DNA of 64,000 nucleotides from Owenia fusiformis (lineage: Eukaryota), in NCBI GenBank assembly GCA_903813345.2, contig CAIIXF020000001.1, forward strand, positions 1,178,001 through 1,242,000, given 5' to 3'. Below are positions 51,991 through 64,000 of this stretch, one piece after another. Position 1 is the stretch's first letter, and each line of letters begins with the position of its first letter. Made by a program: the position numbers and the translations under genes. The notes beneath the pieces are model-generated. The model saw nothing but the letters and a program-made list of their open reading frames with translations. It ran no database searches and was not told where the DNA came from.

Positions 51991-53458
51991 AATGCTCTAT
52001 TTCGAGATTGCACTTAATTCATCAGAGAAAACATTATGTTCAGAAGGGGGTAATATGATGTGCATTATGGTAACACAATGTTCAGAGGTATATTCTTAAA
52101 GTATAAATCATTCTTTGATTAAGTCAGAAAATCATGACACTTATGACTTTAATTCAGATTCAAGTTCTATTAAAATGCCATATAAGCCACAATTAAGACC
52201 ATTGATAAGGTCTTATCAGATTTAGAAACCTCAAAATCCTATCATGGCCAGAGAGAAGTGTTGTTAGCCAAAGTGATGCAGGGTAGTAGGCTGCAAAATC
52301 TGATTTGGTTCAGTCAGATACTTTGTGAGAAGGTCAGGGCCATTCATAGTCCAAGGCTATTTCTGTGATGTGAAGCATAGGGCAAGCTCAAATTAGAAGT
52401 TCCCAGTAAACCCAAAGTACATTGGTAGAGATAAACGTATAAGGCAAGCAAAAATGTGAGAATAAAAACTATTTGCACTGAAAATGTTTCATGAATCCTC
52501 CCCTGGTGTGATGTGTGTATTTCCATTAGGAAGTCAAAATGTTATTCAATATGGACAAAAAAGACATGAAATTGCCACTTAGTGGTTTATAACATGCTAA
52601 CAGGGAAAGAACAATTTCCTCCCCTCTCAGCTGGCCTCCTCTGTAACCAAATTGATTAGAAAGATTTGAAGATCATGCAAGCCGTCTAGTTTGGGTCATT
52701 TCTCATCTGAGTGTCTGTACTTTTCATTGCTTGGATTGATTTGTGAACAATTAAATAAAGATATATCATAATTCCTGGAAATCGTCATCGGCTAAAGGAT
52801 AGCTGGTTTGTAATTTGTGGAGAAATAAGATTGATTATGGCTTGGATGACAAGTTAAAGCATCTAACAGGTTTTTATGAAGGTAAGAGGAGGAAATAGCC
52901 ATTGATTTCCCCTATAATCTTTCACCAGTTTTATTGATTAATATTTTTATCCTGGTTTCATTAAAAATGTTTATGTTGAAGTGTTTTCAAACAAACCAGG
53001 AGATACAGATACAGTGTAATAATAATTGTGTTGAAATAATGTCAATGTATGAGGGAGGGATATATAGTCTAGGATGTTATTTGCCAAATTGCAGTCATTA
53101 AGGTAATCCTGCTATGTAATTACCCTCATGATATTGTACATAATAATCAGGAATTTTACATGAGACGTCTTATGCATATTTGAGTTATCCAATGATATTT
53201 CAATTGGAAGTCAAATTATTTCAAAATTTTTTTTTAGTTACATATAGACAAAAATGTATAATATCTTCAGTGTACATAAACATGTTATTGGTTTATCTGG
53301 TCATAGTGATGATCTAACAATGCACCTATAAGCCTCTATTATTAGTCAGGCCACAATGTAATTCACTTCCTCAGCTGATAGACTATGATATGCTGATATT
53401 ATTGATTATAACAAAATGTACTTTTACATCTTCATTGTTTTTATTGTGAGTGATAATT

Positions 53459-55148
53459 CCACTCATTTACTGAAAGCACTCATAACATAGCACTCATTCA
53501 CTGAAAGCACTCATAACATACCACTCATTCACTGAAAGCACTCATAACATACCACTCATTCATTGAAAGCACTCATAACATACCACTCATTCACTAAAAG
53601 CACTCATAATATACCACTCATTTACTGAAAGCACTCATAAAATACCACTTATTCACTAAAAGCACTCATAACATAGCACTCATTCACTGAAAGCACTCAA
53701 CATACCACTCATTCACTGAAAGCACTCATAATATACCACTCATTCATTGAAAGCACTCATAACATACCACTCATTCACTGAAAGCACTCTTAACATACCA
53801 CTCATTCACTGAAAGCACTCATAACATACCACTCATTCACTAAAAGCACTCATAATATACCACGCATTCATTGAAAGCACTCATAACATAGCACTCATTC
53901 ACTGAAAGCACTCATTCACTGAAAGCACTCATAACATACCACTCATTTACTGAAAGCACTCATAAAATATCACTCATTCACTGAAAGCACTCATAACATA
54001 GCACTCATTCACTGAAAGCACTCATAACATACCACTCATTTACTGAAAGCACTCATAAAATACCACTTATTCACTAAAAGCACTCATAACATACCACTCA
54101 TTCACTGAAAGCACTCATAACATAGCACTCATTCACTGAAAGCACTCATAACATACCATTATTCACTAAAAGCACTCATAATATACCACTCATTCATTGA
54201 AAGCACTCATAACATACCACTCATTTACTGAAAGCACTCATAAAATATCACTCATTCACTGAAAGCATTCATAACATACCACTCATTCACTGAAAACACT
54301 CATAACATACCACTCATTCATTGAAAGCACTCATAACATACCACTCATTTACTAAAAGCACTCATAACATGGTACTCATTCACTAAAAGCACTCATAATA
54401 TACCACTTATTCATTGAAAGCACTCATAACATACCACTCATTTACTGAAAGCACTCATAATATACCACTCATTCATTGAAAGCACTCATAACATACCACT
54501 CATTCATTGAAAGCACTCATAACATACCACTCATTCACTAAAAGCACTCATAATATACCACTTATTCATTGAAAGCACTCATAACATACCACTCATTCAT
54601 TGAAAACACTCATAACATACCACTCATTCACTAAAAGCACTCATAATATACCACTCATTTACTGAAAGCATTCATAACATACCATTTATTCATTGAAAGC
54701 ATTCATAACATAGCACTCATTCACTGAAAGCACTCATAATATACCACTCATTCATTGAAAGCACTCATAACATACCACTCATTCATTGAAAGCACTCATA
54801 ACATACCACTCATTCACTAAAAGCACTCATAATACACCACTTATTCATTGAAAGCACTCATAACATACCACTCATTCATTGAAAGCACTCATAACATACC
54901 ACTCATTCACTAAAAGCACTCATAATATACCACTCATTTACTGAAAGCATTCATAGCATACCATTTATTCATTGAAAGCATTCATAACATAGCACTCATT
55001 CACTAAAATCACTCATAATATACCACTCATTCACTGAAAGCACTCATTCACTAAAATCACTCATAATATACCACTCATTCACTGAAAGCACTCATAACAC
55101 ACCCAAAAACACTCATAACATACCACTCATTCACTGAAAGCACTCATA
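53459..55148. repeat. 31-bp satellite array, about 55 copies
   Basis: (CACTCATTCACTGAAAGCACTCATAACATAC)n, built from 17-bp and 14-bp subunits that both start CACTCAT. Confidence 0.97.
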
Positions 55149-56104
55149 TCAGTTTGCACTCATCGTTGCTTTTATAAATCCCCATGATGCACAAGCTTAA
55201 ATCAAGCTAATGTAATTTATCTTTCCATTCATTATAAGGTAGGTGGATGTCATTATTCTCTGAGCAACTTGCTTTCATATCTGCTAGCAATATTTTAACA
55301 AAACACTACCCTGCGTGCAGAGTCTAGTTAAACTACACTCTGCCTAGTAGAGACCATATTACAGTTTAGTAGCCCCACCCCCACGACGGATACCGGTGGC
55401 AGTTCGGGTAATAAATCGCTTTTGACCTACGCGCTGACCTTTCTTCCACCAATCAGCGAGCTTGAAGAAACATATGCCAAATGCGTTCTAATTAAATATT
55501 CGCATGTCATCGGTCAATTTCGGGCTCAACGATGACGTCAGAAGGAATGACTATATATAGACCGTCGGTCAAATTTGGCCGACGAACACTGATTGGCGCG
55601 GTGAGTTCACAGGTTTATTTTAGTTTGAAAGAGTGAAGACGAAGCTCTCTTTTAAGAAGTGAAGTCAAACGAATGCAAAGGGTAACAAAACACTCACTTA
55701 TCATTGAAACCTCTGCTGATTGATAATATTTACTCAAAATAAGTTGCTTTTCACAAAACATGAAAAAATTGCATACTGATCATGAGCTAACTAAATTAAT
55801 GATGGTGTTTTGTGGACTATTGTGTTGCCTTTTGTAAATGAATGTTGACCTTTAGATACTCTAATGGTTTCATAGACTGCACTAGATTATCTGTTCCACA
55901 TCATTTGAAACTGAATTTCCTGAATGGTAAGGGGAGAGGGTAGACATTGTTTCTTCACAAGTTAGATCAAAGTTTGGGATATTTGGGGTTTGTTTTCCAT
56001 ATGACACTTTATTTATATTTTCTGTTTAGCATGTGTATATACATATTTATTATGATCACTGTAAAATAAATGTTTGTGTCAGTCTGACTGCAATGGTGAT
56101 CAGA

Positions 56105-58156
56105 GCCATGTTGAAATGGACCATGGCCATACCATGGTATACCATGGTATGACCATGGTATACCATGGTATATGGCCATGAAATGCAATGAAATACCATG
56201 GTAATACCATGGCCGATCATGACGTTAAATGGCACCATTGCATTTCATTGTTAACAGTGCGTTTTTAACAAGGAGTTTTCCATTGAAAAAATACTGCCGT
56301 TTCGCAGTATTTCATGGTCAGAAACCATCAAATGCAATGATATCATGGTCAAGTTCTCGGCCATGATATCATTGCATTTGATGGTTTCTTGACCATGATA
56401 TCATTGCATTTGATGGTTTCTGACTATGAAATACTGTGAAACGGCAGTATTTTTTCAATGGGAAACTCCATGTTAAAAAAAACGCTCCTGACCATGAAAT
56501 GCAATGGTGCCATTTAACGATCATGATATACCATGGTATACCATGGTCAATTAACATGTAATTTTGTATCTAAAAAATACCACCGTTTCACAGTATTTCA
56601 TGGTCAAATACCATGAAATGCAGTGATATCATGGTCTAGACATTAAACCATGATATGCAATGGAGCCATTTAATTATCACGATCTACCATGGTATACTGT
56701 GGAAACTATACTTAAAATTTTGCATTTAAAAATACTGCTATTTTGCAGTATTTCATGGTTCCAAACCATCAAATGCAATGAAGTACAGTCAAGATGTTTA
56801 ATCGAAGACTGGAGGTTTGACTTACAAAATATTAAGTTGATCTCCTATTTAACTGACAACAGTCAAATAAAAGTAAAGCATATTTGTTTAACAAAAAAAA
56901 ATTGTTTCTAGGGTTATTAACTTAATTATTCATAATAGAAATTAATTTATTAAATAAAGGAACAAAAGTATATAAAGTTGTGATTTTGATGAATATCAGA
57001 ATCACTAATTATAATAATTTGGTTATCTAATCAACATTTATTAATAAAGATATTTCATGTAAAAAATACTTTTTGAACATGGCCTTTCATTGTATTTCAC
57101 TGCATTGCAAGAAAGACCATTGCATTTCATTGCATATCATGATCAATCATTGTATTTCATTGCATTTCATGGTTAAACGTGGTATTTCATTGCATTTCAT
57201 GATCCATTTCAACTCTGACCAATTTTAGACTTGAGACTCTTGTAGAGTTCTTTTTAGCAATGAAATACCATGGTATAACCATGGTATTTGATGGTCAGGT
57301 TTGACAATGAAATGCTATGAAATACAATCAACCACGAAATGCAATGATATGCCGTGATAAATGATAGTTATGATTATGGCAATGAAATACCATGGTGTGA
57401 CCATAGTATTTGATGGTCAGGTTTGACAGTAAAATGCCATGAAATACCACCAACCATGAAATGCAATGATAAAACCATGATAAATGAGAGTTTTGATTTT
57501 GGCAATGAAATGACTTGGTATGACCATGGTAATTGATTGTCACACGGTACAATGAAATGCCATGAAATGTCATCAACCATGATATACAATGGTAAATGAT
57601 GGTCAGGTACATAACAATAAAATATTGTGGTATGACCATGACATTTGATTGTCAAATTGTACAATGAAATACCATCAACCATGATATACAATGGTAACAC
57701 CATGATAAATGATGGTCAGGAACATGGCAATGAAATACCATGGTATGACCATGGTATTTGATTGTCACATCTTATAATGAAATGCCATCAACCATGATAT
57801 ACCATGGTAAATTATGGTCAGGAACATGGCATTGAAATACCATGGTATTTGATTGTCACATCTTACAATGAAATGCCATGAAATGCAATCAACCATGATA
57901 TACCATGGTAATACCATGGTAAATGATGGTCAGGAACATGGCAATGAAATACCATGGTATTTGATGGCAAACTTTGGACATGAAATACCATAAAACATGG
58001 TATAACATGATATACCATGGTATACCATGGTCAAAAATTGACCAAAAAAACATCATTGCCACCATGGTCAGAGTTGATGGTAATTTCATTGCCGATCATG
58101 ATAGACCATGGTAAACCATGGCATACCATGGTATCATGGTTTACGTTTAAACATGG
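56105..58156 (+). mobile_element. CCATGG-rich foldback-like element, longer copy
   Basis: Termini GCCATGTTGAAA / TTTAAACATGG; dense ACCATGGT/GAAATGC motifs; internal long inverted repeat about 56155-56550. Confidence 0.75.
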
Positions 58157-59726
58157 ATGTTCATGCAAAATGAAATGAATCAATATAAAGGTTTCTATAT
58201 AGGTGGTCTGAAGTCACCTAGAGAGCATAATTTGTCTCTACTTGGCAGTTAGGTGATATCTGAATTATAATTTGTAACCTATAAGATATGTCATATTTCA
58301 TTTCCTGAAATCAAACAGTTGGAAAATATGACAGTAACATATAATTTATGAATTTCATGATATTTTATTCATGTAATAATTATCTGTGATGCCTTTGAGC
58401 ATGTTACATACATGTGTAATCATCTCATTTAAACAACATGTGATGGCTGTCTGAAGATGTACATCACCTGATCATAAAAGGAAAAAGTGCACAGGGGTCA
58501 GTTGTCAATGACATCAATTTGTCTTTCCAGTCATTGGTAGAAAGGAAGACATGATTTAGAAATCTAGCTCTTTGATATTGTTTTTCACTCTTGAAATATT
58601 GTCAATTGTGCCAAATCAGATGCCTGAAAATATATTGCAGTATATTGATATCAACCAGTCTATTTCTTGGTAATATTTGTGAACTTCAAAATGTTATTTG
58701 TACAAATGAAATATGTTTGATCCAAGCAATACCAAATGCTTCCCAATTTATTCTGTGCCACTATTAATCAAAATTTCTATTGTTGCTTATATTGACCTTG
58801 TTGATTGGAAGAAAGCAAATGTTATACAACCAGGGTCTAATGGGTCTAAGGTCTAATGAATCTAAGGTCTAATGGATCTAGGGTCTAATAGGTCTCTTTC
58901 CCTGAAGACATCTGCAGCTTTCATCACTTGGATTAATTCAATAATTTTAAGATGTATTTTGGTTTCAAGCAATATTGTGCTTTATAATGTGTTAAGAGTT
59001 GGTACTTCAACTGCCTGGTTTTGTCATTTTGAACTTTGGATTTCAATTTGTATCTTCAATACATGAATACTAAATGGGAAGCAATATGCTTCTTTTACTG
59101 GAATATCCACCATAAGTGTGGCTTATATCACAAGTGCAGAAAGTTTGGGGACTGATGTTATCAAAGCAAGGAGTTCTACATACTAAATCAAAGTGGCCTG
59201 ATATTTATCAAAGGATTATAGTTTGGTGATCTTTAAATATTGACCAATCTCTCAATGGTCAAATCAGATTATGTTGCTCTTAATTCTGGCTTTGATTGCA
59301 TTATGTGCATGGAATGTTACTGTTGTGTTGTGGTTCAATATCATTAGGTAAGAAGTTGCTAGATTCCATTGAGGTGTTGGATACAAAGCTCTATGAGTAT
59401 CGTCATTTTTGTGTACATGTTTGGGAATTTTTTAATATGTTGCAATAAAGTTGACATTGGGTTGTGAGTTTAGTTAAATGGAACACAAAATGATATACTT
59501 TGACAAGGACTGATGTGAAAAAGCCTGTGTGTTGGGGATAATATTTTAGATATACACTGGAATAAAATTTGCATTGGATCGTCAGTGAGTGTGTGATTCT
59601 ACATCATATTTTATTCATACTTCATTTAAGCTTTTGTTTTAAATGTTAATTGTTTTTTGGTGTCTTTTTGGTGTTTTGGGGTATTTTCTACAAATAGGTA
59701 GAGTTATGTAGACTTCTAATTTTTTC

Positions 59727-60129
59727 CTCACTTAGATTTCAATTTACGTAGTCAGTTTAGATCCTGATATGTAGCAAGACTAGCAGACATGTTAATATCG
59801 TACTTTGCAATCTTTAGAATCTGGGAAGGTGACAGTCTGGATATATTCAAAACTGAGATTGCCATCTCAGGTTACTTCCACCTTATTGATTTTCTTTTTC
59901 TTCAGTGTCCATATGAATATACATTGTCCTCACTTAGATTTCAATTTACGTAGTCAGTTTAGATCCTGATATGTAGCAAGACTAGCAGACATGTTAATAT
60001 CGTACTTTGCAATCTTTAGAATCTGGGAAGGTGACAGTCTGGATATATTCAAAACTGAGATTGCCATCTCAGGTTACTTCCACCTTATTGATTTTCTTTT
60101 TCTTCAGTGTCCATATGAATATACATTGT
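59727..60129. repeat. Recent ~201-bp tandem duplication
   Basis: CCTCACTTAGATTTC...TACATTGT occurs twice head to tail and appears identical. Confidence 0.92.
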
Positions 60130-60147
60130 ATGTTTTTGTGTTTGCAG

Positions 60148-60244
60148 ATGATCACTGCTGCAACTCCATACCAGCCAGCTACACATGGGGCTGGGTCAGT
60201 CCATACTTAACCTTGTTGTACCAGGATCTGGTGCCAGACCATAG
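60148..60244 (+). other. Candidate internal exon (DHCCNSIPASYTWGWVSPYLTLLYQDLVPDHR)
   Basis: tttgtgtttgcag acceptor, ag|gtaggt donor, GC-richer than its flanks, open in phase 1 and so compatible with 41859-41910. Confidence 0.3.
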
Positions 60245-60544
60245 GTAGGTGGTAAAGCCTTCTTTCTACTCTATGGTAGCCTTAAATTAGGGGGAGTACA
60301 TGGTTTACGAAAATTTGAATAATAAACATGTTATGTTATGTCCCCAGTCCAGGGATCACTGTCCTTCTCTCAATCGGTTCTAGGACCTATTCACCTAATC
60401 TATTTTTCTTATACCTTTATATTAAGTCAGAGAGGTGTAACTTAACCTACATATTATATACAATTGTACATGTTTGTTAAAATTAGTTTTACTGTCAAAA
60501 ATGTGGAGGGATAAGTACAACAGAATGTTAAGTGACACCTCATA

Positions 60545-61465
60545 TTTTTATTTATTTATTTAGATATACACTTTTTTAACAGTGGCACTCTTACATTAAG
60601 GTGCATCTAATCGAAAGTATCCACAATGCCATGTTGGTTAAAAACAGAACCTTTTATCAAACTAAAATGAGTCTTAAAAAGAATTAAAACATTAGGTATG
60701 TTAATATTTACTTAAAATCTTATTTAAAAAGCTTTTTACTAAAGAGTCGAATAAAACACCATATTCGTGCCCCCCAAAGATGTATGCCTCATCTCCCAGT
60801 AACCATTTCAATTTTGTGTCAGTTGGGGCGCTAAAGAATATCCCTGTTAAATGTATGGGAATTTTATCCTCAAGTATTTTATAAAATTTGGATCTTTCCC
60901 CTGCAAAATTAGAACAAAATAGTAATCTATGTTCTATGTTCTCTTCTATATCAGGGCAAAAATCACAGAATGGGCTATTAACTTGTACATTTGCCCATTT
61001 ATATGTTTCACCTTTAAGACCTAGTTTCCCGGTCCGAGCAAGAAATTTTAATCGTGCACTTGCAAAATCAAAAGCATTTCTTAAATAGTACTGTAAACCT
61101 TTATGTTTAAGATCAATAAGCTGTCTATACAGTGTCAAGGAAGACTTTCCGTTCATTTCAGTTTGTATCTCAGAGTCGCATGTCTTCTGAATAGAAGGTT
61201 CATAATTTTCTATCAAAGTATTTAAGTTATTGTCAATGCCTTTAAGGTCAATCAGTTTAAAGATATCATTTATGTGCTCGACATATTTCCAACTATTTGA
61301 TTTGTTACATGCAAATCGTTCTTGCATTCTTGTTAGTAGTAATCTTATGAATGACCCCTGATCAAGAGTCTGTAAATGGAGAAAATATTGGATTTGTCGC
61401 TTGAGGACTATGTACTTAATTGGTGTCCAACCAAGTTCATTAATGATAGCAACATATGCAGGGGT
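60545..61465 (-). mobile_element. 3' fragment of a non-LTR retrotransposon (post-RT region with zinc knuckle)
   Basis: ELGWTPI upstream; SLTLYRQL, LKFLARTGKLGL and CDFC..EENIEHRLLFC in ORF 60701-61327; (AAAT)n-like tail on the minus strand near 60545-60562. Confidence 0.8.
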
Positions 61466-64000
61466 ACTTTTTATGCTTTTATGCTATGAAAAATCCAATG
61501 TTAAATCCCTAATTTACTCAAAGTAAGTGAGTATATGTGACTATTTTATGCCCTAACCTGGTATCAGTACCTGGACTTATTAAAATGAAATAAAAGTCAC
61601 TAAAATAAAAAATGTCCAGTTGACCAAAGCTTGAGGCAATACTTTGTCAACATTAAAGTGTCACATTTCCTGATGGCTAAAAAGGGCTATTGTATTGATG
61701 ATATATTTTTTATGTCACCACATAGAAGATGTGACGATTTGTGGTGATCTCTGTTTTTGTAGACATTCTGCTTTTCATGCTCACCATCATGTTCAGATTG
61801 TGCCGCATTTGATAAACTTAATTGCAATAACTAGATGTATAATTGTAAGGTTCAGATTGACTTATGAACATTTAACTGTTGGTGTCCACGTATAATAAGG
61901 CGTGAAGCTTCATAAGATTTTTGGCAATATCTGTTACCGGCTTGGCAAAAAATGAAGGTATTAATTGTGTTAAAAGAATTAATTGTGGTTTACTAATGTT
62001 GCCCTTGGCACTATTTTACCCAGTTTGTGTTATTTAACATCCTTGGAAGATGTTGAGATTAGATTTCAAGGTTTATTTGCAGAGCTTAAAGTATAATCTT
62101 GCCAACCTCCCCTTTACAAGAATATGTAGGAGTCAAGATTAAATACCTATACAGCTCAAGCTCAAGTGAAGACCTGAAAGTGTGTTTGTAAATAGGTCTC
62201 TCATGTGATAGTGAAACCTGTATACCTGAACACCTCTCAGTGTGAACTATTGACTTACATATTTATAAATCTTTGAAATATGAATACCTGCTAATCCGAA
62301 CACTTTTGGCTGATCCCAGAGGTGTTTCGATTAACAGGTTCTACTGTACAGTATATAAGGTTTTCAGTCAAAATACAAGTAGTGTATTATTTGAAGTGTA
62401 TTGAATCAGGGTTGGTCCTAAGTTGTTATTAGTATTATGTTATCTATATCCACACATTCCTCATAGCTGTTATCATATTAAGCCCTCTTGAGAATTTTTT
62501 AGCAGAATTGGCAAGGCTGATAAAGTGTCTATTGTTCTGGTACTAATTGTAAAATATGGTATAACTTGCCTTATCTGAACACCATTGGGAAAGGTCTTGA
62601 AAAAGTGTTTGTGTTTTTAGCAGGTGTTCAAAATCCGAACACCATTGGGAAATGTCTTGAAAAAGTGTTCACTGTTCAGATTAACAGGTGTTCATATTCA
62701 AAGCTCTTCATGTGAGTCAATTGGAGATAATAAAAGAAAAATTGTCAACATTGAGAGGTGTTTGGATTGGAGAGGTGTTCAGATATATAGGTTTCATCAT
62801 TTTGATTTATTTATCCAAAACATGTGAGACATGAAGTTTATGGATCCCACAATGCTGTTTCACTGTAAGATGCACTGAAGGGGTTTCACTAGAATTTCTC
62901 ACAACAGGCTAAATAAATGAAAACAACAGGCAAAATTAATGGAAATCATAAATTTAACATGGAAAAGTAGAAAAGTCCCTAAAAACAACAGACGATTTTG
63001 TGAAAACAACCAGTGAAAATCGCCTTTTGCCTGTTGTTAATGAAATTCCAGCGCACTCTCAGTGTTCAGAGTACTCTAATTATCAGATCCTTGTATATTA
63101 TCTAGTTCTCACATTTGACCATGTGGGCCCACTGTTCGCCACCGTGTGAATACTTTTGGGCAGATGGCGGGGCATGGCATAGACACTGTGGTCAAAACAG
63201 ATATCCCCATCACATCAAATACAAAATTAATTAATTGATTAAAAAATTGATACCCAAAATTATCTACTCAGTGACGATCTGTGAGCCTTTCGGCCTAGTA
63301 CTTAAGCTCAGAAAAGGAGAGACAACTACTTGTTGCTGATAAGATCTAAATGACCCTAAAAGTAGTTGTTAATTGGACTTTAATGAGGGATTGATTATGA
63401 AATGAATGCCAGGTACGTATGAAAATATAAATCTAGTGAAAGTTTCTTTGATTGGATAGCTTTGTTCTAGCATTCTGATTGGTTAGGGCTAGATCTAGTT
63501 ATTATCTAAAACTCAATGGGAAGGGTAAGGGTATGCTCAGAGCATATAAAACAGAAGTTGATAAATAACCATGCCAGGTGATACCAACGTCACACCATGG
63601 GGTAATTCAGAGCAAAAAATTGTACCATTTGGTCCCTCTATATTTTCCCTGAGGTAAGTATCATAGAAAAAATGAGTTGAAAAGAACAGAATTTGGCCTC
63701 TAAAATATTATTTACCATTCCATAGACCTGTATCAGCACTTGTTAATGTTTTTTTTAGTTTCAATGATTAACTTGTCTAACTTGAAATGAGGTCAAAAGT
63801 TTTGTCCTTCTGGGTTAATTTGTTTGACTTACACCTGATTTAGGACTGTTTTATGTACTTCAGCTTGCCACTTGTCAATGTTATCTGAATGATGAAGTTC
63901 TAAACTTTTGTAAAAAAAAAGCTTAACATAATATGAACATGCATTTGTCATTGATCTTGATTGAAGGTTGATATCAGAGGATGTTTAAGAATTTAAGCCC

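Noticed and set aside
51706-52099. Repetitive ORFs containing many RGD motifs (LFRGDST)n
   Set aside because: By-product of a 21-bp minisatellite that is open in several frames; no ATG-led gene structure or splice support.
53459-55148. CRISPR-like regular array
   Set aside because: Repeats are contiguous with no unique spacers, there are no cas genes, and the context is eukaryotic; it is a satellite.

Overview
AT-rich eukaryotic genomic DNA with spliceosomal introns and many MITEs, HINEs, LINE fragments and satellites. It is most consistent with a marine invertebrate (inference; the species cannot be determined). Host genes: the last three coding exons of an ANKRD29-like ankyrin gene (+, 17220-19334) and a complete six-coding-exon syntenin-1/SDCBP gene (-, 22097-26211, 305 aa), arranged tail to tail. 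There are also weak signs of another large + strand gene from about 36.2 kb. The standout is a tandem cluster of genes with intronless coding sequences (-, 4232-5263 and 13069-14103, with a probable third copy just left of the window). Each encodes a type II membrane anchor, an 8-Cys attractin-like PSI module and a catalytic domain resembling bacterial GT42 (CstI/CstII) / DUF115-Maf nonulosonic-acid transferases. The cluster appears to be nested antisense in an ANKRD29 intron. The catalytic domains are almost identical while the anchor and stem regions are strongly diverged. All calls are from reading the sequence; no database searches were run.
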